Origin: a phage | Sequence record: NC_042307.1 | Strand: one strand, 5' to 3' | DNA: 64,000 nucleotides | Shown here: piece by piece, positions 36,390 to 43,589 of the stretch | How positions within the stretch are numbered: the stretch's first letter is position 1 | Layout of the letters: the number at the start of each line of letters is the position of its first letter | Notes under the pieces: generated by a model | Database searches by the model: none | Told to the model about the DNA's origin: nothing | What the model saw: the letters and a program-made list of their open reading frames with translations, nothing else | Program-made: the position numbers and the translations under genes

Positions 36390-37264
36390 TGAGTAAATCC
36401 TGGGGAAAATTTATTGAAGAGGAAGAAGCTGAGCTGGCTTCTCGTCGCAACCTAATGATTGTTGATGGAACTAACTTAGGCTTCCGCTTCAAACATAATA
36501 ATAGTAAGAAACCCTTCGCTTCAAGTTATGTTTCTACAATTCAATCTCTCGCAAAATCCTACTCAGCTAGAACTACAATCGTTCTTGGTGATAAAGGAAA
36601 GTCTGTATTCCGTTTAGAGCACCTTCCTGATTATAAGGGCAACCGTGATGAAAAGTATGCTCAACGTACAGAAGAAGAGAAAGCACTAGATGAACAGTTC
36701 TTTGAGTATCTTCGTGATGCTTTCGAGTTGTGTGAAACCACATTCCCAACTTTCACTATTCGTGGTGTAGAAGCAGACGATATGGCAGCTTATATTGTTA
36801 AGCTCATAGGGCATTTATATGATCATGTTTGGTTGATTTCTACCGATGGTGACTGGGATACTCTATTAACTGATCGAGTTTCTCGCTTCTCCTTCACCAC
36901 ACGTCGTGAGTACCATCTTCGTGATATGTATGAACATCATAACGTTGACGATGTAGATCAGTTTATCTCTCTGAAAGCAATTATGGGAGATCTTGGTGAT
37001 AACATCCGTGGTGTTGAAGGCATCGGTGCAAAACGTGGTTATAATATTATCCGTGAATTTGGTAATGTTCTGGATATTATTGATCAGCTCCCTCTGCCTG
37101 GGAAACAGAAATATATGCAGAATCTAAATGCATCGGAGGAGTTGCTTTTCCGAAATCTGATTCTGGTTGATTTACCGACCTATTGTGTAGATGCTATTGC
37201 TGCTGTGGGTCAAGACGTATTAAATAAGTTTACGAAAGATATTTTGGAGATCGCGGGACAATGA
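36389..37264 (+). CDS. 5'-3' exonuclease / flap endonuclease
   Basis: 291 aa; FEN-like acidic clusters MIVDGTNLGFR, GVEADDMAAY, ISTDGDWDTL. Confidence 0.85.
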   Translation: MSKSWGKFIEEEEAELASRRNLMIVDGTNLGFRFKHNNSKKPFASSYVSTIQSLAKSYSARTTIVLGDKGKSVFRLEHLPDYKGNRDEKYAQRTEEEKALDEQFFEYLRDAFELCETTFPTFTIRGVEADDMAAYIVKLIGHLYDHVWLISTDGDWDTLLTDRVSRFSFTTRREYHLRDMYEHHNVDDVDQFISLKAIMGDLGDNIRGVEGIGAKRGYNIIREFGNVLDIIDQLPLPGKQKYMQNLNASEELLFRNLILVDLPTYCVDAIAAVGQDVLNKFTKDILEIAGQ

Positions 37265-37707
37265 TTAAAATTAAACTAACTCATCCAGATTGCATGCCAA
37301 AGATTGGTTCTAATGATGCCGCAGGTATGGATCTGCGTGCATTCTTTGGTACTAACCTTGCAGCAGATTTACGTGCTATTGCACCAGGCAAATCCCTTAT
37401 GATTGACACCGGTGTCGCGGTGGAAATTCCGCGAGGTTGGTTTGGTTTGGTAGTTCCTCGCAGCTCTTTAGGTAAGCGTAAACTGATGATCGCAAATACC
37501 GCAGGAGTGATCGACTCAGACTACCGTGGTACTATTAAGATGAACCTGTTTAACTACGGTTCTGAAATGCAAACTCTGGAGAATTTCGAGAGACTTTGTC
37601 AGCTAGTGATACTACCATACTACTCAACACATCATTTTGAAATCGTTGACGAACTAGAGGAGACTGATCGTGGAGAAGGCGGCTTTGGAAGCTCAGGAAG
37701 TAAGTAA
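37261..37707 (+). CDS. dut: dUTPase
   Basis: 148 aa; dUTPase motifs AAGMDLRA, RSSLGKRKL, GVIDSDYRG, RGEGGFGSSG. Confidence 0.85.
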   Translation: MIKIKLTHPDCMPKIGSNDAAGMDLRAFFGTNLAADLRAIAPGKSLMIDTGVAVEIPRGWFGLVVPRSSLGKRKLMIANTAGVIDSDYRGTIKMNLFNYGSEMQTLENFERLCQLVILPYYSTHHFEIVDELEETDRGEGGFGSSGSK

Positions 37708-37957
37708 TTTTGTTGATCCTAATCAAATAGAGATTGATGCTAATCAACACCCTAATTTCTATGGTGTGATTGTAGCACCCCCCTACCCTTGATAAGGTAG
37801 TACTAAAAGTGGATATGTTTGGCAATATGGAGCAATGGAAAGAAGAAGGGTTTATTAAACTGTGTTCTTAGTCTCAAGATCCTACCCTTAGGGCTATGCT
37901 TGCCGTGTATAACTTAGGTATTATCGCAGGTAGTAAAGAGTAATAAAACCCCCCCCC

Positions 37958-37993
37958 CTCCAGTGGACAATCCACTGGGGTTTTCTCTTATTT
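37958..37993. terminator. terminator hairpin between the convergent early (plus) and late (minus) regions
   Basis: CCAGTGGA-CAA-TCCACTGG then TTTTCTCTTATTT on plus; preceded by a C10 tract at 37949-37958. Confidence 0.65.
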
Positions 37994-38155
37994 AGTAAGG
38001 AGTTGTTTTACTAATTCCTTTAGTTTAGTAATCTTTTGTACTGAGAGGGTGCAAAACGAACCTCTTGCATTTTGTGTTTTCATATGTACATAAGAACAGC
38101 CTAAGAATCAGCGAACTGTTAATACAGTAGAACATGCATTGCGTTGCTAGGATAA

Positions 38156-38665
38156 TCAAAATTCAGGCTTGTTTCGCAGCAATATTTTTTCAGTGGCAAG
38201 TTGCTCCTGGAATGCTGTACGCTGTTGATCAAACGACTGAGCAGAGATCGCGCCAGCGATGGTACTAGTGCTAGAGGTGATCGCAGTGTTCAGCTCTGCA
38301 AAACCCTGGACAGACGCCAATAGGTTTTGAGTATTCTATTGGGTAATAGCGTTCAGGTTCATTGCGCCTGTGTTAGCGATTGCCAGATTGGTTGCACCCT
38401 GACCCTGTACAACAGTTAGGCCCAGATTGTTCAGTCCGCTCTGAATGGATTCGATATCGCTTACCAGTGAAGTAGTCAGCATGTTTGCAGCAGTACCAGC
38501 AACGGAAACCGCGCCATCCACACCACCAACGCCAACACCACGACCACCCACACCATTACCTAACCAGGAATCAATCAGCGCACCACTAAAAGCAGCGATA
38601 CCAGGCATAGCACCGTCACCACCGAGACCGCCCATGTTGGTCGGTAAAAGAGTCCTGTCAGACAT
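38156..38665 (-). CDS. glycine/alanine-rich small protein; 109-codon ORF ends at in-frame TAG 38336-38338, frame stays open for 59 more codons to TGA 38156-38158
   Basis: ATG 38665 with AGGAG 8 nt upstream; downstream frame verified codon by codon. Confidence 0.5.
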
Positions 38666-38788
38666 AGTAAACACTCCTGAGAGTTGATTGTTAAACACAT
38701 GTAACACGCACATTACGAGTTAAGCATAGTGCATAACAAAAAGTTTACCTGGCATCTGATGTAAAGTTTTGTAAAGTTAAAAGTGATA

Positions 38789-38816
38789 AAAATACGCAGC
38801 CGAAGCCGCGTATTTT
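38789..38816 (-). terminator. hairpin terminator downstream of the tail-fibre gene
   Basis: 9-bp stem AAAATACGC/GCGTATTTT with GC-rich inner stem; U-rich 3' arm on minus strand. Confidence 0.5.
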
Positions 38817-38820
38817 AGGA

Positions 38821-41088
38821 TTAAGGAAGGTCTTGATTTGGAGCGGGGTCTTCAGGTAGAGTGGTTGGTTTATCTTCTAACAAAGACTCTAACTTACTGA
38901 CACGGGCGCTTAGCACCTGGATAGCAGCAAGCGCATCCAGTAACAGCACGTTAGTATCAAGCGAAAGAATTGTATTTCCCTCCTTGTCCTCGCTTGAGTG
39001 TGTGTATTCAGGGTCTATGGTTGCCGCTTGCTGTGCAATGATTCCACGACGTACCCGACGCTTTATATCATCTTTGAAGATAAACGTCACGAGCTCTAAC
39101 TGATTGATGTTGTTTAACGCACTCTTACCGTCCCATGGCTCAACCTGTTCTTTATAATCAATGTCGCTTGTAGGATCCAGCGTTACTCGCCCAATACGAG
39201 TACTATCAATCCATACATCGACTCCCGGATTTTCCCACGAGAAAGAATAGCTATTTGCTTGGAAATTACCACCAATACCTCTACGGCAAATGACACCTGC
39301 CGAGGGTAAGAGAGTTGTTAAGCGAGTAGCATCGTAGGTATCTAAAACAGATCGTGCAGTTCCATCGTAAAAATCTACACGAGCGGCGTACTGTGTCACC
39401 TGCCCCGCCCCATAACTCAACTCCATGTTACCGGACGCCTCTCCTGGCGCACCTGTGTTACGACTAATAATCAGGCTTCTAATATTAGACATTTCGCCAA
39501 AGTCGCTAAAAAGATACTCCCAGCTTTCACCGGACACTCGAGTAGGCTTAATGCAGGCATATGTGACGCTTCCTACTGTGTGGTTTACGTAAAAATCAGC
39601 AGTCGCCGTTCCGATACCATAGCCTTCTACAATTGATCGCCACGACCAACCCAAAATTTGACCTGTTGAGCCAGCAGGATAATAATGTTTAGTAGCAATC
39701 ATGGCGGTCGCAGTGTCACCACCTTTGGACAGCGCCCCGATGTTGTTGCGAGCACCCTCTGCGTCCCAAGCTCCAGTGCCGCCCTGTCCTACTCCTAAAG
39801 GTTTAAATACATTACTAGTATCGTCATAGACACCCCAAGACCCTGTATCCATTACAACTAAGTTGTAGCGGTTTGTCGGGTCATAAATGCGGGAACTATC
39901 AGCGCTCTGTTTAAGACGATCCACACTTAGGTTTATACGAGCCTGTACCTTGTCACTTAAGTCTGCAAGGTTCTGATCCTTTAACAAAGATATGCTCAAA
40001 GTTTGTTCAGCTTTGTTTGCTGCGGTCTCAGCTCGAGTTGCGGAACTGGATGCTGCTACGGCTTGTTCTCCTGCGGTTGTAGCGCTTCCAGCCGCGGCTG
40101 TAGCCTGTTCTGTAGCCGTTACTGCCTTTTGTCCAGCTAAGGTGGCAGCGTCTTCCGCAGCTTGTTTTAACGGGGTGATTTCAGCAATTGCGTTTGCCTT
40201 AGCTGTGTCAATTGCTCCTACTGCGTCCGTCTTAGCTGCTCCAATCTCTGTCGCCGCACCTTCTTTAATGGTCTGAGTGTCCGCTTTAAGCTGTTCAACA
40301 TCGGACTTAAGACCCTGTATTGTGGTCATAGCTTGCGTAGCTATGTTCGCGCTATCTGATGCACCTTGCTGAGCTAGCTTAGCAGCGTCTTCACTAGCTT
40401 TTGAGTTAATTTCGCTAGTCTTTGTATTAGTTTCTGAGTTTTTTGCTGCTAATGCTGATGTGGAGGCTTGTGCAGCGAATGCTTCTGCTTCATCCCTGAA
40501 TCCTTTGGAGTCAGAAGCAGAGGCAGCGGAATCAGCAGCATTAGTCTCGCTAGTTTTTGCTGCTGCTGCATATGCTGCTGCATTAGTCTCGCTAGTTTTT
40601 GCGTTAGTCTCACTAGTTTTTGCATTAGTCTCACTAGTTTTTGCTGCAGCTGATGATTCTAGAGCGTTAGTTTCACTAGTTTTTGCTGCAGCTGATGATT
40701 CTGCAGCTTTAGTAGCGGACGCAGCAGATTGAGAAGCAGAAATAGCAGAGGCATCGGCACTATCTTTAGATAAACCAGCTTGTCTCTCCGCTTCAGTAGC
40801 AGAAGTAGCAGATTGAGTTGCAGAAGCTTCTGAAGAGTTAGCATAATTTGCAGATAGGTTCTCAGAGTCCTTAGCATTTATTTCAGATTCTTTTGCTGCA
40901 ATTTCAGAATCTTTTGCAGCCGCAGCAGACTTAGCTGCTGCCTCAATAGAAGATACTAACTCACTTGCAGTAATAGAGCTAATAGAATTACCTAGAGTTA
41001 CTGTATATCTAGGAAACTTACTAGCAGTAGCTTTAGTATCGTCAATATTTAATATCTGTTGTACAATAATTTTAGTAGTTACTGACAT
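38821..41088 (-). CDS. ltf: L-shaped/side tail fibre protein with C-terminal intramolecular chaperone (S74-like) domain
   Basis: 755 aa; AKTSETN heptad repeats; C-terminal ..SDIDYKEQVEPWDGKSALNNINQLELV.. resembles autoproteolytic chaperone domains. Confidence 0.65.
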   Translation of the reverse strand: MSVTTKIIVQQILNIDDTKATASKFPRYTVTLGNSISSITASELVSSIEAAAKSAAAAKDSEIAAKESEINAKDSENLSANYANSSEASATQSATSATEAERQAGLSKDSADASAISASQSAASATKAAESSAAAKTSETNALESSAAAKTSETNAKTSETNAKTSETNAAAYAAAAKTSETNAADSAASASDSKGFRDEAEAFAAQASTSALAAKNSETNTKTSEINSKASEDAAKLAQQGASDSANIATQAMTTIQGLKSDVEQLKADTQTIKEGAATEIGAAKTDAVGAIDTAKANAIAEITPLKQAAEDAATLAGQKAVTATEQATAAAGSATTAGEQAVAASSSATRAETAANKAEQTLSISLLKDQNLADLSDKVQARINLSVDRLKQSADSSRIYDPTNRYNLVVMDTGSWGVYDDTSNVFKPLGVGQGGTGAWDAEGARNNIGALSKGGDTATAMIATKHYYPAGSTGQILGWSWRSIVEGYGIGTATADFYVNHTVGSVTYACIKPTRVSGESWEYLFSDFGEMSNIRSLIISRNTGAPGEASGNMELSYGAGQVTQYAARVDFYDGTARSVLDTYDATRLTTLLPSAGVICRRGIGGNFQANSYSFSWENPGVDVWIDSTRIGRVTLDPTSDIDYKEQVEPWDGKSALNNINQLELVTFIFKDDIKRRVRRGIIAQQAATIDPEYTHSSEDKEGNTILSLDTNVLLLDALAAIQVLSARVSKLESLLEDKPTTLPEDPAPNQDLP
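40538..40702. repeat. tandem 21-bp repeats (~5 copies, unit TTAGTCTC[G/A]CTAGTTTTTGC) plus a duplicated 40-bp unit inside the tail-fibre gene
   Basis: repeats read directly; encode AKTSETN repeats. Confidence 0.8.
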
Positions 41089-41510
41089 TATTTAGTTACC
41101 CCATCACTGATAAATACTTTACCCTCCATTATACGAAAAGAGCTAATTGCAGATCCTATAACATCTCGTGTCATAATTATATCATAGTATCCTGCAAAAC
41201 GTTGGCGAGGATTATATTTATCTCTTTCTTTGGTGGCTTTTTCACCAATATTCTCTACCGCCTCTACGGGTAAACTTATAGCTATAGCACCTTGAGCAGC
41301 ATCAATAATTTTAGTAGTAAAAGATGCCAAAGTTTCCGCATTCTCGTCAAGCCCGGCCTTTATAGTACCCCTTAGGGAATACCCTGTTAAGTTAACAGGG
41401 GTATTTGTAGGTGGATAAGTACTATCATCAACATCTAAGAATTGCATCATTAGACCATAAGGTACTTTCTCAGCTATTACTAAGTCTATAACTCTATTTT
41501 CAGTACTCAT
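41088..41510 (-). CDS. putative tail collar protein (140 aa)
   Basis: size and position between tail fibre and baseplate genes, as in T5. Confidence 0.4.
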   Translation of the reverse strand: MSTENRVIDLVIAEKVPYGLMMQFLDVDDSTYPPTNTPVNLTGYSLRGTIKAGLDENAETLASFTTKIIDAAQGAIAISLPVEAVENIGEKATKERDKYNPRQRFAGYYDIIMTRDVIGSAISSFRIMEGKVFISDGVTK

Positions 41511-41516
41511 TATTTA

Positions 41517-43589
41517 TTACCTTATATGGATATACCCACTATTTAGGTCTATCTTCATCTTGTAGTATGCCTCAGGGTTTCCTGATAATGCAGCATTCCT
41601 ATCATAAATGATGTTAACACCGATCTGAGATAAGAAAGCATTTCCTGCTACAATTTTATCTGCCGTCACCGTTCCATTAACAATCATGTTTCCGTGGAGA
41701 ACCATTGCTGGACTAACCCAACCGGAACCATTCCACTGACGAGTAAATGCGGATTGCGGAGCATTACTATTAAACTCAGTCAATACATCATATCTAACAG
41801 GAGGACTACCAAAGTTATTCTGGAAGAAGGCGTTAGCTTGTCCATCATCCCAGCCTCCAAGACCAGGAATACCTAAGGAGTACATTCCAGGACCACGTTG
41901 TCCATCATGTCCTATAGTACCTTCAGTACCACTCCACTGAACTACATCTGACCAGCTAGTACCCTCTAATAATCTATTAGTAACTGGATCAAGTGTACCA
42001 GTAGTCGCATAGATATTTTGAGTCATATCTGTACGATTAGGTGGAGTTTTTGACCAACCAGGAGGTGGATAATCTTGTTCTAGTGGTTTAGCTGGTAGAG
42101 ATGTTGCTAACTTATAAACAAATACTGTCTGTTTACCTTGTAATCCAGTTCCAATATCTACGTCACCATTTGGTGTTCCAATGACTACACCACTAGAGAT
42201 ACGCAAAGTAGTACCATCATAACGTATCCATTGTGTAGCATTACCAATGTCTAATTTAGCTTTGGCAGAGGTATTATCCATACCCATCCAAATACCAGAG
42301 TTATTATCCCCCCAAGATTTACCTTGAGTGTAGATTGCTGGATTATCCTTACCAGATAAATTAGTCATGATAAAATTCGCAGCATTAATATCTCTAGTAA
42401 TTACTTTACCATCAACGTTAACAACACGGTTTATAGGGTCAAAAGAAATAGGTGCTTTTCCTTCTTCATCTAGCAGACCAATGTTAATAGCACCAGTAGC
42501 TGCGTCGATTAAGAATGTCTGTCTCCAGATTTCTCCATCTTTCATGCTGCCCTTAATAAAGGCATAATTAACATCAATACCCGTCTCATTGACAAAGCTG
42601 TTGTCTAGAGGAGTATCTTCATTCAATATAAATGTTACAGGAGCTGATTCTGTTATATCTTGCTTATTTGGTCCCCAGGCAATTGATGATACCTTAAAAG
42701 TATGCTCAACTTTCCATGGGAATGATATAATCGTTGCAGCTCTAGCAGCACCAACGTTTATCTTTTGAGCTTTAGCCCAGCCAGTCTTAGCGTATTCTTC
42801 AGAGTTTATATAAGTAACCAGAAATTCACGGACATTAGCACCAGCACCACGTTCCCAGTCCCACTCTATTCTAACATCATATCGTTCCTTACCATCTGCG
42901 ATTCGTGCAGCTTTAAAGGCAATGTTAGTAGGTGCAGTAGGTGGTACGAAATTATAAGCTACAGTGAAAACGCTAGGATATTCATAATAGCCAGATGAGT
43001 CAACTGTAACACCATCTGGCATCGTAACTTGACCAGATATTCTGATCTTATAGTCGCCAACAGGAACACCACCAAATTTGATAGTAGGTCCCAGCGCGCC
43101 TATATAATACTTAACCCATTCACTATCTTCTGATGCAGTACTTTTTAATTCAATAGTGCAGTAACTAGCTTCACCAGTAGTATCTACAACAACTATTGGA
43201 GCACCAACACCTACGTCGACGGGCTCTGATTCAGATCTTGCTGCAACAATTGTTGGCTTTTCTTTTGTCTTAAAGTTAGTTTCATTAGAGAGGTTGATAC
43301 CAATTTTTGCATTTAAAAGCTCTGAGTCAATAATTGAGTCATAGAAAGCCCCCTGAATCTCATAGGAAGTAGAGGGGGTTAGATTATTAATCATTACGAA
43401 GAAAGTATCTATACCGGTGTAATCACGTCTATCTATACTTTCTCCTATTTTTAACCAAAAAGATCTACCAATAACATCATAATCAGTATAAATGGAGTGC
43501 TGGACATAAGCCAAAGTATATCCAGTCATTATACTATTTAAGACCATTTTGGCTGGTGCATTATTTGAAATCATTAAATGGATGCCCAC
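41517..43589 (-). CDS. baseplate/tail tip protein (pb4-like)
   Basis: 690 aa; position and size as in T5 late module. Confidence 0.5.
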   Translation of the reverse strand: MGIHLMISNNAPAKMVLNSIMTGYTLAYVQHSIYTDYDVIGRSFWLKIGESIDRRDYTGIDTFFVMINNLTPSTSYEIQGAFYDSIIDSELLNAKIGINLSNETNFKTKEKPTIVAARSESEPVDVGVGAPIVVVDTTGEASYCTIELKSTASEDSEWVKYYIGALGPTIKFGGVPVGDYKIRISGQVTMPDGVTVDSSGYYEYPSVFTVAYNFVPPTAPTNIAFKAARIADGKERYDVRIEWDWERGAGANVREFLVTYINSEEYAKTGWAKAQKINVGAARAATIISFPWKVEHTFKVSSIAWGPNKQDITESAPVTFILNEDTPLDNSFVNETGIDVNYAFIKGSMKDGEIWRQTFLIDAATGAINIGLLDEEGKAPISFDPINRVVNVDGKVITRDINAANFIMTNLSGKDNPAIYTQGKSWGDNNSGIWMGMDNTSAKAKLDIGNATQWIRYDGTTLRISSGVVIGTPNGDVDIGTGLQGKQTVFVYKLATSLPAKPLEQDYPPPGWSKTPPNRTDMTQNIYATTGTLDPVTNRLLEGTSWSDVVQWSGTEGTIGHDGQRGPGMYSLGIPGLGGWDDGQANAFFQNNFGSPPVRYDVLTEFNSNAPQSAFTRQWNGSGWVSPAMVLHGNMIVNGTVTADKIVAGNAFLSQIGVNIIYDRNAALSGNPEAYYKMKIDLNSGYIHIR

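Noticed and set aside
37991-38083. 31-codon minus-strand ORF (MKTQNARGSF...) between the glycine-rich gene and the terminator
   Set aside because: No SD and too short to separate from chance; it overlaps terminator-proximal sequence.
38445-38687. 80-aa plus-strand Pro/Thr-rich ORF
   Set aside because: Mirror frame of the GC-rich glycine-rich gene on the opposite strand.
38666-38713. Longer N-terminal extension of the glycine-rich gene (track start at 38713)
   Set aside because: The upstream ATG has no SD, whereas ATG 38665 has AGGAG at ideal spacing.
40538-40702. CRISPR-like repeat array
   Set aside because: The repeats are contiguous with no spacers, 21 bp long, in frame and inside the tail-fibre coding sequence; they are coding tandem repeats.
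40460-40732. Plus-strand and minus-strand alternative-frame ORFs with poly-Ala/Leu and Cys-rich translations
   Set aside because: They are alternative frames of the repeat region inside the tail-fibre gene; the repetitive DNA keeps every frame open.
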